From positions 1 to 64,000 of IMG/VR virus record IMGVR_UViG_3300042397_001844: a stretch of DNA of 64,000 nucleotides; one strand, given 5' to 3'. This document shows, piece after piece, positions 19,639 to 29,900 of this stretch (position 1 is the first letter of the stretch; each line of letters opens with the position of its first letter). The stretch comes from a virus. A model generated the notes under the pieces. It was not told the origin of the DNA, ran no database searches, and was given only the letters and a program-made list of their open reading frames with translations. The position numbers were made by a program, and so were the translations under genes.

Positions 19639-20574
19639 TTAAAGGTTTGTAAAATTTTGATTGTTTTTGTTTATTACGATTTTGTATGCTGACATCAATT
19701 GTTTGATTCCGTAATCTAAATCATAAATTGGTTTCCATCCTAATGCTTCTAACTTCTCATTTGATACGATATAATTTCTCTTATCAAAATCTTCTTTGAA
19801 ATCATCTTGCTTAATCACTAATGATGGTATGTGTGATTTTATTTTTTCTGCTAATTCTAATTTGCTTAAGTTAGCAGTTGATAAACCTACATTGAATGCA
19901 TGCCCTTTACACTTATCGTAGTTTTCAATAATAAATTGGAATGTACGAGCTATGTCTTGAACGTGAATGTAGTTTCTCTTAAAGTGCGCTTCAAATAATA
20001 CTAAGTATCCATCTACTACACTCTTATAAACGAAATCGTTTACCAATAAATCAGTTCTCATACGAGGTGATACACCAAATACAGTTGCTAATCTCAATGA
20101 TACACCATTTCCTTTTGCCAACATAGTGTTCTCTGCATCACACTTAGTTTTAGCGTAAAGTGATAACGGATTAAATGGCGATTCTTCGGTGATGATTGAA
20201 TCCGATGAACCATATTGTGAATTGGTATTAGGTAAGATTAATTTTTGGTCATCTCTTAACACTTCAACAATATCAGCTACTTGTTGATAGTTTACAGCTA
20301 CCGTTAATTCCGGATTAGCTTTACATGCAGGCATTCCTACAATTGCCGCCAATGGAATAATTACATCGTGCAATCCTACCAACTCCTGTAAAAGTTTTTT
20401 ATCTCTTACATCTCCTAATTCAAATTGAAATTTAGGATTACCAAATAAATGTAATAAAGTTACTTGGTCATACATTAAATTGTCCAATACCGTAACAGTG
20501 TAACCTGCTTCTAATAAATGTCTGGTTAAATTTGAACCTAAGTAACCAGCTCCTCCTGTAATTAATACTTTCAT
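19639..20574 (-). CDS. NAD-dependent sugar epimerase/dehydratase
   Basis: TGGAGYLG, YAKTK, RLATVFGVSPRMR. Confidence 0.88.
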   Translation of the reverse strand: MKVLITGGAGYLGSNLTRHLLEAGYTVTVLDNLMYDQVTLLHLFGNPKFQFELGDVRDKKLLQELVGLHDVIIPLAAIVGMPACKANPELTVAVNYQQVADIVEVLRDDQKLILPNTNSQYGSSDSIITEESPFNPLSLYAKTKCDAENTMLAKGNGVSLRLATVFGVSPRMRTDLLVNDFVYKSVVDGYLVLFEAHFKRNYIHVQDIARTFQFIIENYDKCKGHAFNVGLSTANLSKLELAEKIKSHIPSLVIKQDDFKEDFDKRNYIVSNEKLEALGWKPIYDLDYGIKQLMSAYKIVINKNNQNFTNL

Positions 20575-21545
20575 ACTCTTTGTTTTATATCGTTATATAC
20601 TATTGTTAATCCATCTCTTAAAGATGTTTGTGCTTCCCAACCTAATTCTTTTTTTGCTAAACTACAATCACACCATTGTCCCCAAATGACTGTGTTCTTT
20701 GTTGTATCCCATTCAATGTTAATATCCTTACCACTAATTTCTACAACAGTGTTTGCTATATCTTCAATGGTACATCTTTCACCCTTACCAACATTATATG
20801 GTCCAACGATTTGTTTCGTATCCATTGCTTCAATCATTTTATCAATACAATCTAATGCATCTTCAATGAAACAATAAGAACGTGTTTCCTTCCCAGTTCC
20901 CCATACACTAAATGGTACTTCAGGATATTTGATTGCTCTATGTGAAAATACAGGAATAACCGAACCACTCTCTAACTTAAAGTCCTGATTTGGTCCGTAG
21001 ATTCCAATGAATCTTGCTATTGCTACTTTCATCCAATCATTCTCAACTACTGCTGATTCAATAGCTTTCTCACCAATCAACTTTGCCCAACCATATGTTA
21101 GTTCGGGATTAGCTGGGTAAGCATCTGATTCTTTAATCATTGGAGAATCTGCTATTGTTTGTAACTCCTTTGGATAGATGTGTGCTGATGATGCGTAGAA
21201 ATATGTATCTATTTTATTTTCAATAATACCTCTCAATACATTACTATCCATTTTCATATTTGAGTTCATCACATCATATGGTTTGGATAGATATGTTCCA
21301 ATACCACCTACTTTAGATGCCAAATGAATTACCATATCTTTATCTTTGAACAAATGACTTACTTGCTCATAATTGGTTAAATCATAGTAAACTAATTTTA
21401 TGTTTGATTTAACTTCTTCTAAAAATTCAGCCTTACCTCTTTCCAAATTATCGATTACCGTAACTTCATATCCTTGCTTAACTAATCTCTTAACTAAATG
21501 AGAACCTATGAATCCAGCACCGCCTGTAACTAATATTTTTTTCAT
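20571..21545 (-). CDS. NAD-dependent epimerase, GDP-mannose 3,5-epimerase-like
   Basis: TGGAGFIG, HLASKVGGIG, YGWAK, VWGTGKETRSY. Confidence 0.8.
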   Translation of the reverse strand: MKKILVTGGAGFIGSHLVKRLVKQGYEVTVIDNLERGKAEFLEEVKSNIKLVYYDLTNYEQVSHLFKDKDMVIHLASKVGGIGTYLSKPYDVMNSNMKMDSNVLRGIIENKIDTYFYASSAHIYPKELQTIADSPMIKESDAYPANPELTYGWAKLIGEKAIESAVVENDWMKVAIARFIGIYGPNQDFKLESGSVIPVFSHRAIKYPEVPFSVWGTGKETRSYCFIEDALDCIDKMIEAMDTKQIVGPYNVGKGERCTIEDIANTVVEISGKDINIEWDTTKNTVIWGQWCDCSLAKKELGWEAQTSLRDGLTIVYNDIKQRV

Positions 21546-21550
21546 ATGTT

Positions 21551-22252
21551 TTATTTTGCGAAAAACATTCCGTAGTTTACACGTCTTTCTGGGTTAATTA
21601 ATTTATCCAATTCCAAATCTTCTAAAGTATAAAAGTTATTAGGATATTGTAAATATGGGTCTCCCTTATCGGAGAAAGTTACCTTTTCAAAAATATTACC
21701 TTCTTCAAAATATCCAATAACACCAAATTGATTGTATCCAATACTTTGTAAGTGTTCTAATATTTTATATAAGTTATCCTTTTCTTCTTCATGCCATTCA
21801 AAACAAATATCATTAGCTTTTTGTGTCAATCCACTTAATACATTATATTCATATCCCTCAACATCAATCTTAATTAAATCAGGCATACCATATCTTTCAA
21901 TCATAGCATCAAGCGTTGTTGATTGAACTTTAATAGGAGCTGCCCATTTAGTTGAATTTTCTTCAATATATTTACTACCTTTAGTAAATCTAGAGTTTTC
22001 CATAAATTGAGTTGATGCGGTAGAAATTCCAGATGCGTTTGGATTTATATAAAAATCCAATTGCTCACCGTCTCTATCCGAAACTAAATTATTAAGTAAG
22101 GAAAAGTTGTAGTTTGTAAAAAAATGTTGAGATACAGAATTAACCAAATTTGGATTTGCTTCCACAGCTATTACATTACAATCTTTGTATTTGTTGAAAC
22201 ATGTTTGTGTAAACTCCCCAACATTAAACCCGATATCAAATATTAAATTCAT
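21551..22252 (-). CDS. FkbM-family SAM methyltransferase
   Basis: FDIGFNVG, VEANP, KIDVEGYE. Confidence 0.88.
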   Translation of the reverse strand: MNLIFDIGFNVGEFTQTCFNKYKDCNVIAVEANPNLVNSVSQHFFTNYNFSLLNNLVSDRDGEQLDFYINPNASGISTASTQFMENSRFTKGSKYIEENSTKWAAPIKVQSTTLDAMIERYGMPDLIKIDVEGYEYNVLSGLTQKANDICFEWHEEEKDNLYKILEHLQSIGYNQFGVIGYFEEGNIFEKVTFSDKGDPYLQYPNNFYTLEDLELDKLINPERRVNYGMFFAK

Positions 22253-22263
22253 ATTTTTGTTTT

Positions 22264-23211
22264 TTATTTTCTAAAAGTGTTTTTATTTTGCTTAAACCAA
22301 TCTATTGTTATTTTTAAACCATCTATTAACGTAGTATCGGGAACATATCCATATGTTTCTTTGAACTTAGTCATATCATAGAATCTTCTTGGTTGTCCAT
22401 CGGGTCTATCCGAATTCCAAACTATGTTTCCATTATATTCAGTTAATTGAGCTATTGTTTCAACTAATTCTTTAACAGTCGATTCAACACCAGTTCCCAA
22501 ATTAAAAGGACCTGATTCTTTACAATCAACCGAATCTATAATTGCTTTCACTGCATCATCTACATAAAGAAATTCTCTAGTTGCTTTTCCTGTTCCCCAA
22601 ACTTCAACACTATCAGAATTATTATCTTTAGCTTCTATAAATTTTCTAATTAAAGCAGGTACAACATGAGATGCTTCTAAATTAAAATTATCTTCAGGTC
22701 CATATAAATTTGCTGGAAGTAATATTGTTGAATCAAATCCGTATTGCTCTCTATATGCCCAACTTTGTATGATTAAGTTTTTCTTAGCCAATGAATACCC
22801 ATATGAATTTTCATCAGGCAATCCATTCCAAAAACCTTCTTCGGTAAATGGTACAGGTAAGTTTTTAGGGTAACCGCATCCAGCTGCTAATGATACAAAC
22901 TTCTCAACACCGTTTAGGTATGAATTATGCATCAATAACACGCCCATCATTATATTCTCATAAAAGAATTCAGCCGGTTTAGCTTTATTAATTGCAACTC
23001 CACCAACCTTTCCAGCTAAGTGTAGTACTATTTCTGGTTTGTGTAATTGTAAAAATCCTTTTACATCTCCTTCTTTTGTTAAATTAACTTCCGTTGATGT
23101 TGGTGTTAATAAATTATCAGCTCCCATCTCTTTCAATGTTCTAACTAATGCTTTACCAACAAATCCATTAGCCCCAGTAATTAATATTTTTTTATTTATC
23201 CAATTTTTCAT
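22264..23211 (-). CDS. fcl: GDP-L-fucose synthase
   Basis: HLAGKVGG, NLYGPEDNF..SHVVPALIRKF, VWGTGKATREFLYVDD, PDGQPRR. Confidence 0.85.
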   Translation of the reverse strand: MKNWINKKILITGANGFVGKALVRTLKEMGADNLLTPTSTEVNLTKEGDVKGFLQLHKPEIVLHLAGKVGGVAINKAKPAEFFYENIMMGVLLMHNSYLNGVEKFVSLAAGCGYPKNLPVPFTEEGFWNGLPDENSYGYSLAKKNLIIQSWAYREQYGFDSTILLPANLYGPEDNFNLEASHVVPALIRKFIEAKDNNSDSVEVWGTGKATREFLYVDDAVKAIIDSVDCKESGPFNLGTGVESTVKELVETIAQLTEYNGNIVWNSDRPDGQPRRFYDMTKFKETYGYVPDTTLIDGLKITIDWFKQNKNTFRK

Positions 23212-23216
23212 TTTTG

Positions 23217-23846
23217 TTATTTTATTTTTTTAGATGTGAAATATAAAGAACCACCACATTCTCTTAACTTATTGTTAAAGCAATATGGTTCAAATGTTAA
23301 TCCATTTTCCTTAAATTTATCTTCCCAAAATTCATATGGAAACGCAGATGGGTGATGTTCAGATTGATGTGTAGAAATACTTCCTATAAAAATACCATCA
23401 TCACTTAAATGATTCATTGCATTGGTAAAATAGTTATTAAGATTATTTGGAAATATATGTTCAATATTTTCCCAAGTACTTATACAATCAAATTTAACAA
23501 TGATTTCTTCATCTGAAATGGTGTATGGTTCGCCAGCATCTGCCAAAAAGAAATTCTTATTATAATAAGATTTCCAATTATGATGTCCGGCTGCTGCTTC
23601 GTTAGTTAAAACGTGGTCTACTCCATCTATTCCATAAGCATTATGTCCTTTGGTAAAACAATCAACTATAAATTGTCCACCAGCACATCCTATATCTAAA
23701 ATGTACAATCCGTCTGTTCTATTAAAATATTTTTCAATTTCTTCTATTAAACCAGCGTTTGTATGATTATCAGCTACATTTCCAATTGGATTTGTATAAT
23801 CAAAGCTTTCATATACTATTTGTTTTTTTGTTTTTATTTTTATCAT
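23217..23846 (-). CDS. class I SAM methyltransferase
   Basis: ILDIGCAGG, ENIEHI. Confidence 0.85.
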   Translation of the reverse strand: MIKIKTKKQIVYESFDYTNPIGNVADNHTNAGLIEEIEKYFNRTDGLYILDIGCAGGQFIVDCFTKGHNAYGIDGVDHVLTNEAAAGHHNWKSYYNKNFFLADAGEPYTISDEEIIVKFDCISTWENIEHIFPNNLNNYFTNAMNHLSDDGIFIGSISTHQSEHHPSAFPYEFWEDKFKENGLTFEPYCFNNKLRECGGSLYFTSKKIK

Positions 23847-23851
23847 ATTTT

Positions 23852-24610
23852 TTATTTTTTTGTGAAGTAAAATGAAGGTTTGCCACCATCTTTACAATTT
23901 AAATTTATATCAAATTCATCCAATCCAGTTAAATTTAATTCTAGTTTATTCATAACAATAAATTCATTAACAGAATGATAGACACCTGGCCAATCGTTTA
24001 AATCATAATCATGTCCAGACAATATACCACCTATTTTTAATTTTTTATACCATGCATTTAAATCAGATTTTACAGAATTATAATCATGTGCACCATCAAT
24101 ATAAACAAAATCCAAACTAGCATCTTCAAACATCTCACTAGCGGATGGTGAATATGCCTTTATCATTTCACATCTTTCACCAAATGGTTCTAATATACTT
24201 TTACAAGTTTCGTATATTTCTTTAGCTAGCCAATCGTATTTTTTTAAAAATATATCAACTTTAGTATTATTAATATTTTTATAAATGTAATTATAAATAA
24301 ATGATGTAATTAATGAAGGTTTTGTTTGAATTGATAATACATATTCCATATCACTATCGGATAAGATATTTAAAAATCTTATAAAAAATACATTATTAGT
24401 TAAATTTTTTTCTAGTATTTCATCGATAGTAGCTCCCAATTCAGCGTTACGTTCCCAAGGGTCAATAGCGTATAGTTTTTTAATTGATGTATTATCTAAT
24501 ATAAATTTACTAAAATATCCATCTCTTACACCAACCTCAACGGCTAATTCAGCTTTAGTTTTATTAAGATGTAAAATTAATTCCCTTCTGTTTTTAAATT
24601 GTGCACTCAT
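23852..24610 (-). CDS. class I SAM methyltransferase (Methyltransf_24 type)
   Basis: VEVGVRDG, IDPW, DFVYIDGAHDY, GHDY. Confidence 0.85.
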   Translation of the reverse strand: MSAQFKNRRELILHLNKTKAELAVEVGVRDGYFSKFILDNTSIKKLYAIDPWERNAELGATIDEILEKNLTNNVFFIRFLNILSDSDMEYVLSIQTKPSLITSFIYNYIYKNINNTKVDIFLKKYDWLAKEIYETCKSILEPFGERCEMIKAYSPSASEMFEDASLDFVYIDGAHDYNSVKSDLNAWYKKLKIGGILSGHDYDLNDWPGVYHSVNEFIVMNKLELNLTGLDEFDINLNCKDGGKPSFYFTKK

Positions 24611-24611
24611 A

Positions 24612-25562
24612 CTATTTAATTAAATGTTTATTTTCGTTATACCAATCGATTGTTTTTCTAAGATTGTTTTCTAATGTATCAGGCATAATAGTATCCATCC
24701 ACCCAAATTTTTCTTTTGCCAAAGATATGTTTAATACCTTATGCTTAACACCTACAAATCTATTTGTATTATAGAATATATTTCCATCATATCCAACCAA
24801 CACTTTTATAGTTTCTGCTAAATCTCTAATTGTAGTTGTCGAACCAGTTCCTATATTAATCAAATCACCATCGTAATCAATAACTGCCAAAAGTGCTTTA
24901 ATTTGGTCTTCAATGTAAATTAATTCTCTAGTCTGAGTACCGTCTCCCCACACTTCAACTTCAGGTACGTTATTATCTTTAGCTTCAACAAACTTTCTAA
25001 CCAAAGCAGATACAACGTGAGCTTTTTCTCTATCAAATGAATCGTGTGGACCGTATAGTGTTGCAAACACTACCGTTGTTCCTTTCAATCCGTATTGGTC
25101 TTTATATGCACCAATTCCAGTTGTCATCACCTTCTTTGTTAATCCATACACATCAACCGATTCGTGCATAGGTCCGTTCCAATAATCACCTTCATGCAAT
25201 TCTTCAATTGCACCAGGATAAGAACAAGAACTACCAATACCAATAAACTTTGCCTGTGGTTGGTATTTATTCCAACATGCTAATGTATTTGCATGTATTT
25301 TACAATTTGTATCAAATTGTTCAGCTTTGTGCCTTAATGGCCAATCACCAGCACCCTGCAATACAGCTGCGTGTATTATATAATCATATGTTTTATTAAA
25401 ATCGGTGAATGCTCTTTCCGATTCTGATACAATTGATAAATCATATGAAGAACCAAAATAATCTGCTTCTCCACCATTATCAATAACATATTTAACTAAA
25501 TTCTTACCTAAAAATCCAGTTCCACCAGTTACTAAAAACTTTTTTCCTTTTACTATTTCCAT
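24612..25562 (-). CDS. GDP-fucose-synthase-like epimerase/reductase (second paralogue)
   Basis: GSSCSYP, YGLTK, LYGPHD..HVVSALVRKF, VWGDGTQTRE. Confidence 0.8.
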   Translation of the reverse strand: MEIVKGKKFLVTGGTGFLGKNLVKYVIDNGGEADYFGSSYDLSIVSESERAFTDFNKTYDYIIHAAVLQGAGDWPLRHKAEQFDTNCKIHANTLACWNKYQPQAKFIGIGSSCSYPGAIEELHEGDYWNGPMHESVDVYGLTKKVMTTGIGAYKDQYGLKGTTVVFATLYGPHDSFDREKAHVVSALVRKFVEAKDNNVPEVEVWGDGTQTRELIYIEDQIKALLAVIDYDGDLINIGTGSTTTIRDLAETIKVLVGYDGNIFYNTNRFVGVKHKVLNISLAKEKFGWMDTIMPDTLENNLRKTIDWYNENKHLIK

Positions 25563-26494
25563 TTTTTATTGTTTTTTATATGTTCGTATAAATTTTTTGA
25601 TTTATAATTTAAACTTTTGTTATAAGCGTTTTCAATCATCTGCTCATAATCTTTGTAGTTATGTAATATATCCCTAATCAAACCTTCTAATTCACTATTA
25701 TCATTGAAGTAAATAAAATCAACATTTGGTTCATAATAGTATTCTATTAAATTCCAATAATCTCTTTTACATAAAATCAAAGTCCTACTAAATGCTGATT
25801 CATGTACTCTTTGTTTAAATTGAGGTGCTCTACCCCAATCATCCATATACGCAAATGCCTCATTTTCCCACCACTTATCATATTGTTTAATACCATGTTG
25901 GTGATGCGGCTGAAAATGTAACATATTGTAACAAACTGATATTTTTGTTTTGGCAACTATATCTAATTTTTCTTTAAATGATACATTAAAATCGGTTGGT
26001 GCAAATGGAGGTGCATAATTTTGTTGTGATATAAATCTATAATTAAATTTACTTATTTGTTGTAAACACTCAGCATGGTCTATACCATGTATTCCACCAA
26101 AGTAAACAACATCATAAATTTTTTCTTGTCTTTCTGGAATTACATCATCACCAAACGGATAAAATATAGCTTCATGCTTTTCGTCACCAAGCATTGTATT
26201 CATCCATTTAGCCGAATATGGACATATTGTATATACTTTAGTAAAATACTTAGTTTGTTGTAATGCATCTTCTCCTATTTCATTTTGAGGAAATACAAAT
26301 TCACAAGGTTGCCATAGATTTAAAAGTTTTCTACTTTCAAAATCTTTGTATTTGTTTTGAATATCAAAATTCCAAGTGCAGTTTATTCCTTGCATCAATA
26401 CATCGTTTGTACTTGGTACTTCATGCTTATCTAAATTTAGATAAAAATTAACACCATCAGGAGTTTCACCTGCCATGTCTTTTACTATTAACAT
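25553..26494 (-). CDS. putative GT-B glycosyltransferase (CgeB-like C-terminus)
   Basis: YDVVYFGG, KQRVHESAFSRTLIL, YYEPNVDFIYF. Confidence 0.7.
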   Translation of the reverse strand: MLIVKDMAGETPDGVNFYLNLDKHEVPSTNDVLMQGINCTWNFDIQNKYKDFESRKLLNLWQPCEFVFPQNEIGEDALQQTKYFTKVYTICPYSAKWMNTMLGDEKHEAIFYPFGDDVIPERQEKIYDVVYFGGIHGIDHAECLQQISKFNYRFISQQNYAPPFAPTDFNVSFKEKLDIVAKTKISVCYNMLHFQPHHQHGIKQYDKWWENEAFAYMDDWGRAPQFKQRVHESAFSRTLILCKRDYWNLIEYYYEPNVDFIYFNDNSELEGLIRDILHNYKDYEQMIENAYNKSLNYKSKNLYEHIKNNKKWK

Positions 26495-27345
26495 AATATA
26501 AATTGTTTTGGATAAAATTTTTCTCTTTTTAAAGTTGGAGAATCCGGAGAATAATACTCAGGAGCAACTACTATTTTATTTTGATTTGGATTAACATATG
26601 CAGCCCACCATCCGAAACTACTAGCGTGCGAAAGTATGTTGTGGTCACATAACATAATTCTACAAAAATCATCTATTTGTGGTTGCCCTTCGGAAAACAA
26701 AAACTCATCTCCTTTAAAGAAGTTTTTACACCACTCCACATCAGTCGAGTTATCTTCGTTGAATCTCTGTCCACCAGTGAATACTAAAAACTTTACATTT
26801 TTACCCTCAAATACTTTTTTTGCTTTTGTAAAATATTGCTCATATAAACCACCAGGATTAAATGCTTCTATAAGTTCAGTTTGCCCATTAGTCATATTAT
26901 CACCTCTCCTAACGTGAACACTTACTATTTCACAATTATACTTATCTTTCAAAGATTGGATATATTGCTTACCATTATTTAGATATTCATCTTTAGGAGT
27001 CAGTTCTTTTTTAATTTGAGATTCAATATGTTCAAAATAAAATGTACTTTGAAAGAATCCCTCCAATGTTGTGTTATCTGGAACATTGAAGAAATTATCA
27101 TCATACTTTTGCCACGTTGGTTCTTCGTATAAATTTTGCAAAGTATTCATATCTTCTTGAGTTGCATATTCACATTCTATATTAAATTTATCTAATAATG
27201 AAACTTGCCCATGCCAACTCATTGTTTGTGGATTTGGTATCTTAGCTATGTATCCGTTTTTCAAAGCCAACCCTTTTAAAGCTGCGTATTGAAATAATTG
27301 ATTTCCCAATCTACCTAATTCTCCTAATTTATGAAATGTTATCAT
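26488..27345 (-). CDS. alpha-1,2-fucosyltransferase (GT11)
   Basis: GRLGNQLFQYA, GFFQS, HVRRGD, SSFGWWAAY. Confidence 0.92.
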   Translation of the reverse strand: MITFHKLGELGRLGNQLFQYAALKGLALKNGYIAKIPNPQTMSWHGQVSLLDKFNIECEYATQEDMNTLQNLYEEPTWQKYDDNFFNVPDNTTLEGFFQSTFYFEHIESQIKKELTPKDEYLNNGKQYIQSLKDKYNCEIVSVHVRRGDNMTNGQTELIEAFNPGGLYEQYFTKAKKVFEGKNVKFLVFTGGQRFNEDNSTDVEWCKNFFKGDEFLFSEGQPQIDDFCRIMLCDHNILSHASSFGWWAAYVNPNQNKIVVAPEYYSPDSPTLKREKFYPKQFILC

Positions 27346-29177
27346 TTTAAAAGTTTTTTAAAAAATTGATTATATTTAGTTACCACCATTTCTTCTGAAT
27401 TAAATTGCTTAACATACTCCAAATCCATATGATAGTTTTTATTGTAAAGAATATCATATAATTTAGATGCATATTCTTCTGTACCATCTACTATGTATCC
27501 ATTCTTTCCATCGTTTACCAAATCAGCGGCAATGTTAGTTGGAAATGAAACTAATGGTGTATTGTTTTTAATACATTCGGTAGCCATCATCGGCCCAGCA
27601 TCTGCTAAAGTTGTTAGAGCAAATACATCTACATTTTTGTAAACTTTAGATAACTCTTTTCTATTTGGAATTACTCCCAAATATTCAACCTCAAATTTAG
27701 TATCTATATTCGATTTAGGACCAATCGTCTTAATTAAAATATCATTTGGATTATCACACATTTTATAAAGCCAATCTAATATATTTTCAAAATACTCTTT
27801 TCCTTTCCTAGTAGTTTCAGGCTGCGTAGTTCCCCATAATATAGTTTTTCTACTTCCCGTTTGCTTTTCAGTATTATCTACTTCAATCTCATCAAATGGA
27901 AATGGTATAAATTCATATGGTATATTCGATAGCTTACTTTTTAAATGTACATTCAATGAATGAGTAGAACCAACTATAATATAAGATTCAACCGAATTGT
28001 ATAATTCCACACGCTTATCTATAAATACACCATCAAACAAACCATCTAATTCAGGATATTCTGATTTGTTACCATACATCCAATGTGTCATTGTTATGTT
28101 TACCAATTTACTATCATTGGTTTGACATATGTTTTTTATTAAATTTTCGGGTAAATCATTACCAGAAGCGATTAATATTTTATGCTTTGGTATTTCATTC
28201 AATAGATATGGTATATTTTGCTGACATGGTTCTATGTAAGATAGAAAATCAGTTTCATCAACTTTATTTTTACTTTTAGTAAAATCAAAAACAGGCAAAA
28301 CTTTAACTCTTACATTATCAAGCTTTTTTAATATCTTATAAAGAATATAGCTACCACTAACAGAATCTCCATAATCAATATCACCACATACATACAAAAC
28401 ATCACAATATGTTTCTTTTCTTATTTTCCTATATCCAATATACGAATGTAAAAATTTAAAGTCAAAGAAAGAATACAAATTTATTACAGGCAAATTATTT
28501 GAACTTATAAGAGCAGTTGCTGTAATTACATTTTTTTGCTTAAGAAACTGAAATATTCTATACCAAAAACTATATGATAGATGTGCGTATTTAGAATTAA
28601 CTCCTCCCAATTCTAAATTACAAGTGTTAGTAGTATCATCTATTTTGAATGCCATAAATGAGAATACAACACCATCAATTTCTCCAACAAATAAATTTGA
28701 TTTTTTCTTCAAATCATCAATCCAATTTGAGTTTCTTGATTTAGCCAAATCTTTTGATATTTTTGGGTCTTCAAAAAATCTACCATGATTAAAATTATTT
28801 GATGAAATATCCTTAATAGTATCGATATCATTATCAGTAGCCTCTCTTAAAATAAAATTAAACTTTTCAAGTATTTTATTTTCTTTTAAAGTTTTCAAAT
28901 TGTTTGAAACTAATAAACTACTTTCTATGTTTATATAGTTGGATGCTTCTAAAACTTGCTTTATCAAACTATCAGTTGGTTGTATTCTCAATGATGTATA
29001 TACTACATTATTTTCTTTACAATATAAATCAAATTTATCAATTAATTGTATTCCACTTTCTAAAGAATCTACGCATATTTCATAGATTTCATTAGTTTCA
29101 TTATTAAAAACTTTTGAATTCCAATCTGTCTTTTCAAAGAAAAGGTAATTATTATTATCTATCTCTATTTTTTGCAT
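27342..29177 (-). CDS. GNAT acyltransferase / GT4 glycosyltransferase fusion
   Basis: N-terminal WecD-like RFFEDP..NNLPVINLY; C-terminal DVFALTTLADAGPMMATEC..KNGYIV. Confidence 0.72.
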   Translation of the reverse strand: MQKIEIDNNNYLFFEKTDWNSKVFNNETNEIYEICVDSLESGIQLIDKFDLYCKENNVVYTSLRIQPTDSLIKQVLEASNYINIESSLLVSNNLKTLKENKILEKFNFILREATDNDIDTIKDISSNNFNHGRFFEDPKISKDLAKSRNSNWIDDLKKKSNLFVGEIDGVVFSFMAFKIDDTTNTCNLELGGVNSKYAHLSYSFWYRIFQFLKQKNVITATALISSNNLPVINLYSFFDFKFLHSYIGYRKIRKETYCDVLYVCGDIDYGDSVSGSYILYKILKKLDNVRVKVLPVFDFTKSKNKVDETDFLSYIEPCQQNIPYLLNEIPKHKILIASGNDLPENLIKNICQTNDSKLVNITMTHWMYGNKSEYPELDGLFDGVFIDKRVELYNSVESYIIVGSTHSLNVHLKSKLSNIPYEFIPFPFDEIEVDNTEKQTGSRKTILWGTTQPETTRKGKEYFENILDWLYKMCDNPNDILIKTIGPKSNIDTKFEVEYLGVIPNRKELSKVYKNVDVFALTTLADAGPMMATECIKNNTPLVSFPTNIAADLVNDGKNGYIVDGTEEYASKLYDILYNKNYHMDLEYVKQFNSEEMVVTKYNQFFKKLLK

Positions 29178-29183
29178 AATATA

Positions 29184-29900
29184 TTATATTGTACCAGAAT
29201 CTACGTTTATTAATTGACCTGTTATTGAATTAGAATTATCTGATATTAAAAACTCTATTGTGTTTGCTACCGATATCATGTCCGTTGGCTTTTTTAAAGA
29301 AGTTCTATTATAAATTCTATCTTTTTGCTCATTGGTTAATGTACTACTCATATCAGTTTCCATAAAACCGGCTACAATACAATTTGAACGAATTCCCTTT
29401 CTACCCCACTCTCTAGCAGTATTTTTTGAAAATGCTTCTAAAGAACCTTTTGTGGATGCGTACATTGATAATCCATTATATCCAGTGTGAACACTTATGC
29501 TAGATATGTGTACAATAGAACCCATAATTTTATTATATATCATATTTCTAATCACAAACTTTGTTATGATAAATGGAGAAAATACATTCACATCATACAT
29601 TAATTTTAGCTTATCAATATCCATATTAGTTATAATATCATCATATGCAATAGCTGCGTTATTTATGAATCCATGTAAAGGAATAGAGTTACCAATTTCA
29701 CTTTTTAACAAAGCTTCCACATCAGCACAATTTTGTAAATCTAATTCAATATGTTTAAAGTTTGGATAGTTTGCTAATTCAGTATGTGCAGTTCTACCAA
29801 TACCATATACATTATAACCACTATCTAATAAAATTTTAGCAGTTTTAAATCCCAACCCTCTGGATATGCCTGTTATTAATATATTTTTATTTTCTTTCAA
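29184..29900 (-). CDS. FabG-like SDR oxidoreductase
   Basis: TGISRGLG, NNAA, YASTK, GFMETDM. Confidence 0.9.
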   Translation of the reverse strand: MKENKNILITGISRGLGFKTAKILLDSGYNVYGIGRTAHTELANYPNFKHIELDLQNCADVEALLKSEIGNSIPLHGFINNAAIAYDDIITNMDIDKLKLMYDVNVFSPFIITKFVIRNMIYNKIMGSIVHISSISVHTGYNGLSMYASTKGSLEAFSKNTAREWGRKGIRSNCIVAGFMETDMSSTLTNEQKDRIYNRTSLKKPTDMISVANTIEFLISDNSNSITGQLINVDSGTI

